64,000 nt of DNA from Raillietiella orientalis (lineage: Eukaryota): the NCBI GenBank assembly GCA_036172245.1, contig JAYWIR010000035.1:1240001-1304000 (forward strand), written 5' to 3'. Positions within the stretch are counted from its first letter, which is position 1, and every line of letters begins with the position of its first letter. A program made the translations under genes and the position numbers. This document shows positions 28,590 through 42,789 of the stretch, piece by piece. A model generated the notes under the pieces. That model was not told where the DNA came from. It saw only the letters and a program-made list of their open reading frames with translations, and made no database searches.

Positions 28590-29750
28590 CTTCCCATGGG
28601 CTTTGCTTCTCGCTAAGACATACGTTCGATCCACGTGTCCACCAAAATCCTCCTAAGGTTTTTGATCGCCTCCGTCGCAGGGCAGTCCTCTCCACCCTCG
28701 TAAAGCATGGAGGGTTCTTTTTAAGCGAATTCGGTGAGACGGTCAGCAAAGGACATGAGAGACACGTGCTACTCTGGGATGAGTCCTTCTCTTCGGTCCT
28801 GCTCTTCCCTTCCCTGTGAACACTTCCGCGTCTGCTCTTGCCAGTTCAATATGTTTTCGAAACTCCGCCAGGACGCAGAAAAAAGCGTAGCCGAGTGGTA
28901 TGACAAAATCCACATTTGTTCCGGCCCACGACCCGGAGAATCGCCGCAGCTGCTTGCCAGCAGAGACGCTCTCGTTGGAGGGCACTTGCTATGCCACAAA
29001 GCAACCATCCAGGCTGCAGCTGGAAATCCCGTATTCTCATCCATCACCCGGTGGATAAACACCCATTCGTGCTCCCAGTTACCGATCTCACTTCCCGCAG
29101 TATTCTAGAAATGTTCCGCTTTCCGATTCGCTGCCTGTTTGCTCTGGAATTTTGCCATCTCATAACTCTTTTGTCTTAAAAAGTTTTGTAAAGAGGAAGA
29201 GACAGTGGGGTCTTTGACTGAGTTTGAAGACGCAGAGGTAGGAGTAACGGGAGTGCCATTCATTACGGAATAAACATCGAATAACTCATCTTCCCACCCA
29301 CCCACCCTTCCGTGTCTGCACCGCCACCATTCTGGAAAAACAACAGCTTCTCATCGTTCCTAAACAGGGAAGCAAAGAGATTTTACGTCTCTTCCTTTTC
29401 TTCCACTCAGCATTCCGTACTTCCCTCTTGCACACACACCCGTTCCCGGATGCTGGGCGGGTGATTCAGGAAACCGCCTTTGTGCTTTCCTGATCACTGC
29501 TTAGACAGGGACAAGGAAGGCGGCAAGCCGTTCCAACGTAGCTAAACTCAAAGGAGTTGGAAGCTTATGGCGTCCATTACGTTGTTGCTTCTCATGGGAT
29601 TTGCCTCCTCACAAAGACATACGTGCCATCCACGTGTCCACCAAGATCCTCCTCAAATTTTTGATCTTCGATATTGCAGAGCAGACCCCCCTTATAAGGA
29701 TTTTGCTAAAAGAGACTTTTGTGAGACCTTCGGCAAAGGGAGGGAAGGAG
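28590..29750 (-). repeat. Diverged direct duplication (~28590-28755 and ~29590-29750) of a coding-derived segment
   Basis: Shared AAGACATACGT...ATCCACGTGTCCACCAA.ATCCTCCT.A..TTTTTGATC...GTGAGAC..GCAAAGG; the minus strand reads IKNLRRILVDTW in both copies. Confidence 0.85.
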
Positions 29751-31439
29751 AAGCGTGCGAGGGTGGAACTTCCCAGGGAAGGTGCGAAGGAGACCTCTCA
29801 CCTTCTCTGGGTGAGAAGGAAGTTCCCACTCTCCGAAGAGGCTGCGTCCTTCCTGTGGATGTGGATCGTTTTGAAATCTTCGGAAGATCAGTTGGAAGTG
29901 CAAATCCCAAGGCTGTTTTTGGGCAAACACGGAAAGCCAGAGCTCTTTTCCCTCACGACTTGGGAATTCTACGAGCACTTACGTGCGAGAGACTTGGCAA
30001 GCTTGAACTTACAGTGCTGATCACTCGGATTCATCGTTGTCTCTTCTATCCTTTCCCTTCTTTCTCGAACGTGGGCCCAAGTAGGTGCAAAACCGATGCG
30101 CTCCCATCAACAGATTGGTGTCTTCTCTTCGGCTCGCTGCTTTAGTGTCTCTCGCTTCGAGGAAACCTGCTCACTTGCTTTCCACAGAGCGTGTACATTC
30201 CCATACCCTTTCGCATTTGGCTGCCCGTTTTCGGTCCTCCGACTTACCACAGCCATCTCCGACAGCCGGCTTTGGTGGCCGGAGTGCGAAAAGAAAAAAC
30301 GCAGCAAGGGGCGTCGGTGAGGCAGTTTGCATCTGCGGCATGGAGGCGATGGAGAATCGTGGGGGCAAGTGCGTGTCCCGTCCGAGCTGCACTTCTCTTA
30401 CAGAAACCTCTGCGCTGGAGCGTCTGCAGAAACAGCGAGAAGAAAGGTAGCACGTGAATCACAGCCGAGGAAAAAGGACAGTGGGCATCCAGATACGGAG
30501 AGCCACTCTTGGGACGACTTCCAGAGAGTTCAGGATATACAGCTCTGGAACCGATTCCAAGTGATTTACCTCAGTGCTGGCAGATGGAGAGGAAGTTCAC
30601 CTCTAGGAACAAGCAAATCCCTTGCAGGTTCCATGGAGTGGCCGAAGCTTGAAGAACAGCAAGACTCCCACTTTGAGAAGAGCACCAAAATATAGGGCTC
30701 AGCTGATTCAGTGCCATCTGGAGGAGGAACGAGATGGACGTTTCTTTCCAGCAGGCTCTGCTGCTGATGGTGTTGAAATAAGCAAAAGGAACCCATCCAC
30801 AGGGTGCGTCGGACGCTCCGTGAAGGACCCGATTGGTCATGTTCTTCTGGGACTTAATGCAAGGACTGCACAACTTGATGAATTAAAAGTCGAAAAGAAA
30901 AGACACTGACTAAGCAGTCGCTTGGAAAATTCCGATTCCAGATGAGATCATCATCGGCACCCCTGATCCAACCTGGCCTGATGCCACACGCACCGTGCCG
31001 AGATCATATCGGGTCTCCGTTTGGAATAAGCTGCAGAATTGAGGACGTGCCCCTTCTCCCTTCCCTCGCTCTTCTGCTAGGCACATCCAGGAACCAGGCT
31101 GCACACAGCATTTTCCATGTTGAATCGAGAGGCACCAAGCTTGATTTCACCTGCTACATCCGAGATGAACAAGGAGATGCCTGCAGCTCTGTCAGTCAGA
31201 GGGAAATCCACCTGTCCGTGGCTGCGTGATTCCAACACACAACCCCTCCAACAGCAATCGCTGACCTCCATTCCAGTATCTCAGGTCAACGGAAGCAGTA
31301 TCCAAGCGAGCCACTCCCGTGTTGATGAGGAAAGTCTTGGAGGAACCGCTCAGAAAAGGACACATCCAAACTGACGAAAACTCCTTTTTTCCTGCCTTAT
31401 TATCTTATTCATATTTAATGGATACGAGCAAGACACAAG

Positions 31440-31692
31440 TAAGCACACACACGTAAGGAATTCCACAAGCCATTATATATATACACACGTATACACATAT
31501 ACACAGATGTACGCACACACGCTTTGACACACTTGTATCAAAGTGTGTGCGCGTATGTGTGCATACGCACACATATGTTTACGTATATACATGAACACCC
31601 ACTTTTGGCACACGCATATGAGTCTGCTCGATTCTTGCCACTGTCATCCGTGGGTAGTTTTCTGGTCTTGTCTCATGTATGTATGCATGTAC
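31440..31692. repeat. Degenerate purine-pyrimidine (CA/TA/TG) low-complexity repeat with internal inverted symmetry
   Basis: CA-rich half then TG-rich half; GCACACACGCTTTGA...TCAAAGTGTGTGC near 31512-31550. Confidence 0.85.
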
Positions 31693-34600
31693 CTAGGCTT
31701 CGTGCATGTTCTTAGGCGGATGCCTCCCTCAGTGTCATCTTTCGGTAAGGATGCGAGTTGTCTGGGGTGGCTTTCCCGAGCGTGCCACTCCGCTTCCTTC
31801 TGGTGGGCAGAGTCCGGTTCTTCAGGAGCGTAGGCTGAGGAGCGCGTGAGATGCTGAAAGCGCAGGCGAAATTCGGTCGGCCAACTGTGTTGTCGGAGGT
31901 GCAGAGCTTCCGGGATAAGCGCATTCATCATCGGAAAGCTAGAGACTTTGAAAACTGACTCTTGGCACCTTTCCTGGGAGATGCTCCTTCGAAAAACAAA
32001 AGCTTTCTCTCCTTGTTCTTGTCTCGGGGTGATGCTCCGTTTCATCTGCCGCAAAAGGCTTGAGCGATCATGAGCCACTCAAGGTGCCCACTGTGCCATG
32101 ATCGACCTCTGGTGCACCAAACACAGGACTATTTTGGAATGTATGTGAGACCAACATGGCTTGAGGGACTACATGAAGCTCTCACCAGATGAAGATGCAA
32201 GTGGAAACAATCTTCTTTAACCCTCTTGCGAATCTCCCGTTTGCACCCACAAGTCGGATAAGAGAGGTCAGACTGAATTTTCTGGGTCCAGGGAGAGATG
32301 CTCGGAAGATGGGGAGACGTGCACAAGGATCTCTGAAGCTTCCAACGTAGACGTTCACAATTTCTATGGCAGCGTCATCTCGTAAAGGGAGTCAACGAGC
32401 TCCTCTAGCACGTCCAAGTTCCCGGATGTAACGACTGGAGATCACCTCCCTGATGATAACGACTCCTCAGTACATTTTTTTGGAACTCTTCCAATTGCTC
32501 TGCATGCATTTCATCAGTTGGTTTAGTCTCCTTCCTACCCTTCGAATCCTCCTCCACTCGAACTTTTCCTCGACCCCGGTCTCTGACCTCGGTTGCCCAG
32601 AGAGGAAGACCTCTTGCTTGGCAGCAGGAGCACGAGATTACGTGAGTTTCTATGACCCCACTTCACTCTACGGTCCGAGCTACCTCACCATTTCCGATGC
32701 CAGACGACCCTACTGTGATCGGAGGAATCTCACGGGAGCGATGCACCAAGGTGGAGAAATTACATGCATCTCTCTCTTTCTCTCTTCCTTCCTAATAAGC
32801 TTTGATCCGGATGCTGCGTTCCCTACTGTAGGTGCGGAGGGAAAAGAAAAGGAGAGGAAAGAAGGATACGAGAGTCACCGGCTCATTGCCCCCACCCCCA
32901 CCCAATATCCGGTGGTGTGACGGCTTGTTCCTTCCTATCTTAACTCCCTTAACTTGTTCCTTCTTCCTTTAACTCCTCCTCCTCGTAACCTCCTTCCTTC
33001 CACCGAGATCCAAGGAGGTTTCCCGCACAAGCAGGAGAGCCGTCGCCAACGACCTCTAGGAAATGTATGGTCTGCACACTCCCATGAAGAACGCTCGCTT
33101 CTCGGGGGCAGAGAGAGGTCAACTGCCGCTTCCGACGAACGTCAACCACCGCTTCACTGCCTCGTGGTTTCCGCACGCCGCCTCCTCTCTTCCTCCTCAT
33201 CCTCTTCTCTTCCTCCTCTCTTCCTTCTCTCTTCCTCCTCCTTCTCTTCATCTATTCCTCCTCTCCGATACTGGGCGCCTGCTTGGAGAGCCTTCTCTCA
33301 GCTTCGAACCTTTTCGGGTGTCTCCACTGCCTGCAAGAAACATTCCCGAGTAGCAGAGGGCCAGGAGATCGGGCGCAAGAGGATCCGCACGAGGAGGATC
33401 CGTAGTCAAGGAGGGAAGAAAGCTCTTCAGTCAACAGGTGATGGGAAGAAGAGCATCTTCATCCCGCACCCATCCCCTACCCTTCCATTTATGGAGATGT
33501 GTGTGGAATTCAACGCCACTTGGGGTCCAGACGGCTATATGCTCCTCTCGACGAGACCAGACGGTAGTCAGTGGGGGTTGGGAGCAGCAGCAGCACCTCA
33601 AGGCAGCAGATCGCGAGGCTCTCGGTCAATCTCGTGTCCCGCGTCGTTTTTCCTCTTCCCCGACCTCTCACTCTTTTCTGGTCATCTTTGCTCTGGGGTT
33701 CCTCCTCTAGTTCCAGGATGCCTAACGTCAAAGGAAGCTGTGGCAGCTGACGCGCTATCCGAGACAGAAGGAAGGAAAGGAAAAGGGAAGTAGGGTATCA
33801 TCCACTGCGATGGTGGTGCACGCCTCATTGGGTAGGGACTGCAGACGTCTGATCTCTGTGATCCCGGCTCGCTAACCCGAGCCGCAGACTGGCTGCACCA
33901 CAGCGAACGAAGGCATTTCAGCAGACAACCTCTACGGATTCTTCCCCCCTTCACTGACCCACGAAGGGGCTGTAGAGGGGCGCATTCCTTCTCAAGCACT
34001 CGGTTCTTCAAGGCCCTGTCTCTTTCCACGCCCCTCCCTGCCACTGCTACTAGTTGCGCTCGTCTGCTTGCACTAAAAGGAGTCAAGGAAGCAGGAAGCA
34101 GGGCGAAGAGAAAATTCTGTCTGGGTGGGTCTTGAGGCGTAGGGTGGGAGGGACGAAACTTGTCTTCCCATTGAGGGAGTGGGAGCCCATGTCGATGAAA
34201 ACGAGCTTCTCCGACTCTCCGGAAATGGCAACGCTGCTTTCCGAGAGGAAGCAGGAGAAGAGCAGGGAAGGGAGGCTGCGATCCGCAGATTACGCCGCAG
34301 TTTGGACTCGAGTAGGAAAAGGCAGGAACGAGAAGGCGTCTTGAGATAGCCACTGCGTTCTCTTCACACGGAAGATGCGACGTGCCTTTGACCTGCTAGA
34401 GCGAAGAGTCCAGATGCTGGGACAGATGGAGTGAGAGTAAGAGTTGCCCCAGCGCCAAGACCGATGGGGGAGCAGAAGGGGAGCATTCCCATCCTTGCTT
34501 CTCAAAGTCCCCCCCTTGCAGTCTCCGATGATTGAGGATGAGCCGCCCACCTCTCAGCCGCAAGAAGAGCTCATACGCGAGAGCAAGCTGTGCCTCCGGG

Positions 34601-37600
34601 AGTGACTCAAGCAGCGGGACCGCAGGGGGAGGGAGCATTTAGTGTGGATGTTGACCCCAGGGAGAGTGCAGGGAAGGGGGAGGCAAGGACTCCTCTCCTC
34701 GGACAGAGCGAGAGAAGGTGAGATGCACCCTGTTCCCGAGGGAGACGCCTCGGGTCAGAGGATCCGGAACGCGTAGGAAAGGAGAAACGGAAGAGGGAGA
34801 GGAAGGAGGGAGAGTGGATCAAGCATATAGGCAAAGACGCTCATCCTGTCCAGTCATGGCCCATCCTCCCACCGATGGGGAGACCTACGGAGGGATGAAG
34901 CACTGACGGCCCCTCCCAGCTGCCAATGAAAACGAATGAAGGGCAGGAGCTTCCAGAAGTCGCCGGAGGGAGGCTGGAGAGAGGGGAGTAGGACACTTGC
35001 TCTCTGCTGAGTCCCCATTCCTTACCTAGAGCCGTCCACGGCCTCTCGGGTTCCCCTGTTGCTGGGGTGGTTCCCCCCTCCTCCTCCTCCTGTTCGTCTC
35101 TTCCTGGAATCCGCCTTTCGGGATCTTCCCGGGAGCGCGAGTTCCTTGACTTTCAGAGAAGGAAGGGGCAAGCGGAAGTCACCTCTCACGAGCGCGCACC
35201 TCCACGCGCCACCCCTTGTAGATTGCGACCGTCACTAGCAAGACAGCCTCTCGACTAGGAGAGAAGGAAAGTAGCTCCGTCTTCCCAGCATCTCTCGCAT
35301 CCTCCTCCTGAGGCGCGGCTCGCTCCGCTGAGGCTGATGCTGTTGCGGAGGAGGAGGAGGAGGAGAGCCGCCGATCAGGCAGTGCCAGAGAAGGTCGTCC
35401 TCCTCCCACGAGGGTCCCGCTGCCTCGGTCCTGACCGAGGCAGCGGACTCCGTGCGCACTTTTGCGGTCCCGGGGCAGCGCTCTGGAAGGAACGCGAGCC
35501 TCACGCGTAGTTCTTCGATCCGGCGCGGGCAGGCAACGCCGCTCGCGGGCTCTGCGCTCACCTCGGTCTCTCGGGTCCTCTCTCGGACGCGGCGGCAGGT
35601 TCGGCAGAGGTGGGGAACCCTCGTTCCGGAAGAAGCCCCCGCGCGTCACTCCGGGAGGACCAGGTTTCCTCCTCCTCAGCCCTGCTCCGCTGGGAGGGGT
35701 AGGAAAGACGGACCGTGGAGAAGGAGAGGAGAGGGGGGTGAAGCGGAAGTGGGAGAACAAAAATGGGGAGCGGGAGAAGGGAAGGATTTTTCGAAGCTGT
35801 CCACCACCATCCTGCGCAGAGGCGGCCGCCGTCGCCGACACCGACGCTGAGCTCTTTTTGCTCGGCTCGTAACGGGGACACCCGCGGTGCAGGACGGTCA
35901 TTAACCCGTCGGAGCCTTGGACCCGCTGCTCGCGGAAGAGCGGCAGCACCTCATTCTTGCCCGACCGTCCTCTTATCCCTCCTCCTCGTCTCTTCCGCGG
36001 ACGCGAGCGCGAGCCCTCCTGCGATGCCCGTGACTCCCTCTTCCTGCCCTCTGTCCGAAGCCCCGGAAGTTCCGGAGAGCAGGAGGAGGCCACAGGGCGC
36101 GCTGTCGGGAAACGGGGATCCGGATTGCTGCTCTCCCACCGTCCTCCGTCTCTCCTCGGCGAGGCGTCCGAGGCTTGGCGAGAGCCGTTCCTTCTTCGTC
36201 CAGAATCTCCCCGCGCATCTTTCGTCCCTCGCCGTCTTCGCCTTCGTCCCGAGGGACGTCCGAACTGCTCTGGAGGTGGCTCTTCCCGGAAAACACAAGC
36301 GGGAGGGCGGTGGCACCGACTGGGAATCTCCACCCCTCCTTCCTCTCGCCGCGGGTGCGTCGGATCGCCTTTGATCAGACGGGGCGGAGATCCCTCCTTT
36401 CCTCTCCACCTTATTCTTCACCGGCTGCCTCCGCTGAAAGGTGGACTCGTGTCTGCGTCGCCCCCTCGCTCTCCGGAGTAACGAGAGCGGCTTCGCTCTT
36501 GAAGGAGCCGGACGTATCTGCGGCAACGAAGCTCACACCCGCAAACTGTTAACGGATGCTTTCCAGCGAGGGGTCTGACTCCCTCAGCTGATCCTCCGAA
36601 GAGAGAGGGGAGGAAGGCATGCTCACAGGGGCGGAGACATCTCCGCATGCCGACCTCCAAGTGGGTTTCACTGGCCAGCCAGACGGCCTCGAAAAGCTCT
36701 CGTTTGGGGGACAGCTCCCTCGAGAAAAAAAGGGAGGGGACATCCGTGGAGGAGTGCACCCTTTCTACAGGGACTGCGAGTCTGTGCCGCTCCGCCAAAT
36801 TCACAGCTTCCAAACTCCGCTTCTGACCGGCGGAGCACGGCAGAGGAGCCTCGTCCTGGGAAGCCATCCATCTCCTTCCAGTCTTCCGCCTCGGGGTCAT
36901 CTCTGGAACACAAGCAAGCTGCGGCCTCCGGACAACCCGCATTCCTTTTGCCTCCAGCGACTCATGCTTCTCTTCCGCTTTTGCGGGCGAGGCGAAAGAG
37001 CGACAGGGTCATATTCAGGACGAAGAGTCGTGTCCCCGGGTCGGATCTCCAAGGATCCGCGAGGAACCACCCTCCGTGCCATTTCGCACCTATGCTTGGG
37101 GGCCGACGCTGCTCGCTCTTCGACAAGGAGCAACGGAGGGAGATCCAGGAGGTTCTCTGCTGCCGCAGTCACGGCCTCGGCTCCGGTTCCCGTCGCCTCG
37201 CTGCTCGCTGGGGAAGCAGAAGAGACGAGACCAGTCCCTCTCTCAGTAGCATCCCCCCCCCCTGAAAGATTCTTCTGAAGATGAGAGGAGCTTTTTCAAC
37301 CCTCGGTTCTGAAGTCTCGTCGATGGCTTGCTGAGGTTCTCCCCTCCTCCTGTCTCAGCCGCCACAGTATATGGGAGGCAGCTCTGGGTCATCCGAAAAA
37401 ATGAGAAGTGGTTCCTGCTTTCTCAGAAAGGAAATGAAACCCCTCCTGGATTCAATGGGGAAGCGACCACCCATCCCAATTCCAACGGGTCGAGTTCAAT
37501 GATTTCACTTTTGAGGCCTTGCATCCTTCGTTCGGAGTGGCAAGCGTTCGATGGCACCTGCCTGCGAGCTGACGAGGCTAGATTCGTGCCTGCGTCTGAA

Positions 37601-38254
37601 CCGAAAGCAACGTGGCAGGCAAGAGTGCGGCTGCACCATTACGATCCAATGCTTCGCGCAAGGACGAACCGTTCCTTCCAAGGTCCACCCAGCGGTCTCG
37701 AGGGGCGATTCGTCTCTGGGCAGAGGGATGGCGTTCCGCAACTTCAGGATGTGTCGAAACGCAGGTTTTTTCTTACCCAAGCCTCCTGGAGGAAGAGGCG
37801 GGGATCGATCCGCCAGGAGAGACGAGAGGATCGTTCTGAATTGGGCTGTACAGGCGTGGCGAGGTTCGGCTGCCTAAGATTGTTCAGAGATGCCTCCCAA
37901 ACATCTCGAGGGAGTATCTCGACCCTCCCACTCCAGCCGGATTCCAGGGCCCAGTTCCCCTCCTGGCAGGGTGAGTAAGGGAGGAGCAGCTGCTCCAACC
38001 AAGAGGTGGCGCAACTTAGTTCAGCCACCACCTCAGAAAACGGCGGTGCCTTCCTCGGGAATGCTATTGTCCTCGAAATGTTTCCGTGGGGGATAGGAGG
38101 AATGAGGGAGGAAAGGGGTGCCTGAAAACATACTGTTGCTGAAGACGGGACTCTTTCGAAACCCTATTCAACTTCACGCGTTTGCTCACGACGCTGGAGG
38201 GGGCCTTTCCTCGTCTGCTTTCGTCTCATTGGTCAGAACAAAGCTCTTCAGGTA

Positions 38255-38460
38255 CGCAGCGTGGGGCTGGGTTTGTCCAGTTCGCGCTGCCCCCCAGCCT
38301 CCAAGAGGAAAAGGATTTTCCACTTCCTGGGATCTGACGATGCCAAGTGTTGACCACCAGATTCAAGGCAGCGCCCTCAAGCAGACCCTAGAGCCGTTGC
38401 TGGAGTCTCAGTCAGGGCTGATCCATGGATGGATGGCCACGGTTCAGATGCAACCACCGA
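38255..38460 (+). mobile_element. Possible LINE RT N-terminal remnant
   Basis: W...PRGKG...TMPSVDHQI...LEPLLESQSG...TVQM (cf. KGKG...LLSV.GK...LPESQCGFR...T.DM). Confidence 0.33.
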
Positions 38461-41400
38461 GGGCATGGTGCCAGGGTTCATGTGGCATGCCGATCCTGCG
38501 TGGTCTCGGATGAGAGCTCGGAGTGGCTGGTGGTCTCCGAGAGGGAAATTTCCGAAGGTCATCCACGGGATTGGACAGTCACCATGCCAAGCGCACTAGC
38601 AAATAGACTCCCAGAGACAGCAGCCGGCGGTAAATTTCGCATGAGCCCCTCAGCCCTTCTTCCAGATGCGCGCGCGGGCCGCCGCCGTCAAAAATCCCGG
38701 TAAAGGCGACTCCAAGCGCGTCCTCCGTGGGGAGAACCCGGTGCTCGATTCATCGCCCATGTCTCCCTTTCCTTCTTTCCTTCTGAGCATGCTATGCGAC
38801 CCGTGGCGGGAGTTCCAGCTGCTCTCATTCCCGCCGTTTTTCTCGGGATGCGCGCGAGAGTGACCAAGCGGCTTCCTCGCATCTCCGCGATCCCCAAAGG
38901 ACGCTGAAACGTCCAGGGAAGCTTCCAGCTTGCTCGGTGCAGAGTCACCAGCTACCAGCCCTCTCGCCTCTCCGGAAGCCAGTCGCTCCGAAGGGCCACG
39001 GCCGCGCGGGCTCCTCGAAGTGAAGGACAGAACTGAACTCCCGAAGGGGAGGAAAGGGTGGAGTTCTCTCCAAAAAGGGGAAGAAATGCAGCTGGAGGGA
39101 CTCTTACCGGAAAGTGGCCAAGCGACTCTCCCTGTTTCCAGTACTCGGGGCGCTCCGACCTCACGCATGCGTGGTGGCTCGTGAAGGAATCTTCCGTCTC
39201 TCCATCCGCCACCAGGCTCCAGAGATCGTTCGGATGACCAAAGACTCGTCTCAGCGTTTTCCCGTTGTTCTCCCCGATCGTCCACCAGACCCTGCTGTTC
39301 TCAGCAACTCCACTCTGTTTCGCGCAAGAGAAACATCTCCCTGGCACCGGAGCTCTGGAGATGCGATGAAGAGAGCGCGGAGAAATTCCTGCTCGAGGCT
39401 GAGACGAGAACCCCACCCAGGGAGTGCGAGACTTGCAGCTCCCGCAGCAGCACTGGACCCGCATGTCGAAGACATCCTTCAGTCAAAGACGACTCTCAGA
39501 GCATCTTGCTCCCATTTCTGGAATTTTCTTCTCCAGAGTTCCGGGCTTCACCGGAAACTCCGAGGACTGAGTTCTCGACTTTCGTTCTAACTGCCTGCAG
39601 GGAAAGATCCGGGGAAGGTAAGCTCCTGGAGCTTACCTTTGGGAGGAGAGTTTCCTCCGTTCCTTTCGCTCGCTTGCAGGTTCTTCAGCAGCTCCGGAGC
39701 CACGCGAAGAGACAGACGCCTCTACAAGGACATCCGACCAATCGGTCGAAGGGACTCGATCCGGCATCTGCTTTCGGAAAAATCTCTTCCCAAGCCGTGG
39801 CGTGATCTCGGCGGACTCCCAGGAATCGGTCCCTCGAAACCGAAACGAGGTTCCAGACAAGCCGAATGAGGAGGCCGTGACTCGGGTGATCGGCACGCCG
39901 ACCCAGCAGCGAAAGAGGTCTTGAACGCGAGGCTGGTCCTTCCGCTTAGTTCCCGAATCTTTCCGATGGCTCTCGCGCTGCCTCATTCTCTTGTCTTTGT
40001 TTATAAATCATTTTTTTCCGGAGAGCATCTCCTCTCCCATCCAACCAGTTTCGGAACCGGCATGCAGAGATAAAATATGAACCCGATTGGCCGTTTCCTT
40101 GGACTGGGAAATTTTCCGCCCCTTGCCAGCGTTCCATTTTTCTCGTTCGCTTGGAAACCACCGGTAGTTCCGTCGCCGTCCCTCTGGTGAGGACCGAGCA
40201 CCCCGCCAAGCGACCGTTTCGAATGTCACGCTCCCTCCCTCGGCCTACGGCCTTAGGAGGATGCTGCGAGAGGCGAGCTATCCGAAGGGAACAACTGCTG
40301 CTGGCTGCTCTTTCCACGTCCCTTGGAGACGAAGATCTGGGTGTTCGGAGGGAGGACGAGAGAAATGACGCGTGTGCTGACGGTGGAGGCGCGCAAGCAG
40401 CCCCAACGCAGCCCGCGGCACAACCCGGCCACTTCCTCGCGCTGCCTCTCTCTCGGTTCCTTGCGCCTCCACGCGAGCCTTGAGCATTCAACACGACCAG
40501 CTTCGATTTTGCCTCAGCCTTACAGGCCGTTCCTCCGTTAAAGCGGAATTCCCGGATGCTCGGAAGTGGCTCCGGATCTTTCCTCCCCCTTCGTGTGCGG
40601 GCAACCGGGGATTACCGCAAAATTCGTCCTCGGGACGCCTGCGTCCTGGTCTTTCTTCCGCCGCCGTGCTCATCCTTCTCTGGAGATGGGCTCGCACCAC
40701 TGGTGAAGCCCAAGGCAGTTCTCTGAGGTTTTCATCAGGCCGCGCGTGAGAGCATCGCATTCGAAAACTCGGGAGCGCGTGCAAGTCCTTCTGGCAGCGC
40801 ACCCCCGAACAGACCCAAGTCTCCCTGCCTATTTCTTGCCTCCCAGGGCTTTTCCAGTCCGTCCGATGGTTCTTGGTCTTCTGCTGTCCACCAGAGTGTA
40901 CGCAAGATGAGCTGCATTCATTAGGAGGCCTGACAGCTGCATGCTCTCCGGGAACATCGGCTCATTCTAGGCATACCTGCGTTTCCTCTGGGTGAGACGG
41001 GGTAGCCGGCATCGTCCTGCACGTGCCCGGAGCAAGCTCTCCTTCAGGTCGATTGGATTCCTGATCCTACAGATTCATTACGCGATCCCCTCCCCACTCA
41101 CCCCCCTTTCTCCCGGTCCGTCCTGCACCCCCTTTCCCAGTCCCCTTTCTCTCTACGGTCCTACTCGCCCAGAGCTCTTTAGAAAACATCAAGCATCTTC
41201 ACTGAGGAGAATTATGAGTGACTGTGGAAAATAATGGCCACGAGTGAAACACGTTGCAAAATTCGATTGCAGTGGGAAGAGAGCTGAGAGAAGAAAGTCT
41301 GGTGAGAAGGTGATCGTAGGCCAAAGAGCAAACGAAGCAGATGGAAGGTAGGGCATGAGCTAACGGCGACCTGAAGCGACTGGTAGGATGAATCCAAGCA

Positions 41401-42789
41401 TCGGTAGGGAAATGCCGAAAAAGTTAGAATCCCTCTAGAACAGATGTGCCTCTTCGTCCCATGCTCCTTAATTTCATGGTCTTCTCTTCCATTGCTTCAA
41501 GTAGAGCTGCAACCTGGTTCCCTTCCCCTCCCTCCATCTTTTCCGAATCTGACGAGACGAAGCCCACAATCCTTGTCCCTTCTAAAAGTTCATGTGACAT
41601 TTCATGCTAAGCTAATGTTTGGATGTGACGTCGAAACATGCCTCACTAAAGGATTTGTCTGCTGCCTTTTATAAATTAATTTGTACTCCGGTCCATGATG
41701 CATGGATGTTCCCATGGTGCCATCTTTCTCGTTTTACATTGGAAAGTTCCACTCAACCCTGAGATGTATCAGTTCGCTGCAAAACAACCACATCCATTGA
41801 AAAATGCCGCCATTCCCTCTACGTTAGACTGACTTCTGACAGTAGGCATCGCCGTTCATTACAACGTGCGATCGTCGGTAGGGCCTCTCAAACAGACCCC
41901 GAATCGGATAGGTCTCTCTGTTGGCTTTCACGTTATCCTATTCTAATTCTGCCCAATGGGAACCTCTCTTCTGTTCTTTCTGTTGAGATTTTGGTTTTCT
42001 TTTATGCTGATCACAGATATTTCTGTGTCGATGTTGCTTTAGTAAAGAGCACTGTTTTCCATAACTTCTGTCTGGATACCAAGAAGCCGTTCCACTGCTT
42101 TGAGGTTGATGCTTCTTTTGACCCTCCTATTTTTGTTTACTTGATTCTAATCACTGATTAAGATCTTAGATCAGCAACCAAAAAAGTAGCAAGACTCTTC
42201 CAGTGCAGGATTACCCTGGAGAAATGGTGAAATTGCATGCAAAGTCACTAAAAAAAAAAAAAAAAATCAGTAAGTCAGGCATGCGACTGTCTGTTAAGTG
42301 AGCTATTGAGAGACTTACGAAAATTAAGGGAACATGGCATTGAGTATTACAAACCACTTGAAGACCCTTAGGTGGAAACTTTCGCAAAAACTTTCCATGA
42401 CTGCCTCCGTTGGGGAAAGTGTATCTACTAAGTTAAACTGTATTAAGTTAGAAACACGAGGCGAATAGCAAAAACTATAGATCAAAAAACGAGAAAAAGA
42501 AAAAGAAAAAAAATACCAATTGAACAAATAACGAAGCTCTCAAACACGGTGAGAATTACGTTCAGGAGAACGGGAATGGATGACCTGAACTGACCAGTCT
42601 AAGAAACCAGCTAGAAAAGTCGTCATATTCTTCGAAATTGTGGCCTTTTAGAAGTTTGTGCCGAAATCTCAGTGTCTGGCGCTGCACTTATCTTGCATCG
42701 TGGCAAATTGCTCTACTCTGCCGTAAGCAACACTGCATGCCATCGACCCATTTGTTTGCCGTCATGACGCAACAATGCTAACGGGTCAT

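Noticed and set aside
30700..31040. H/FFWD...IIIG...VW, LINE C-terminal zinc-knuckle-like
   Set aside because: Key cysteines missing; no linked RT motifs.
35205..35265. ACCCCTTGTAGATT resembling miR-10/miR-993 5p
   Set aside because: Mismatches in the mature region and no clean precursor hairpin.
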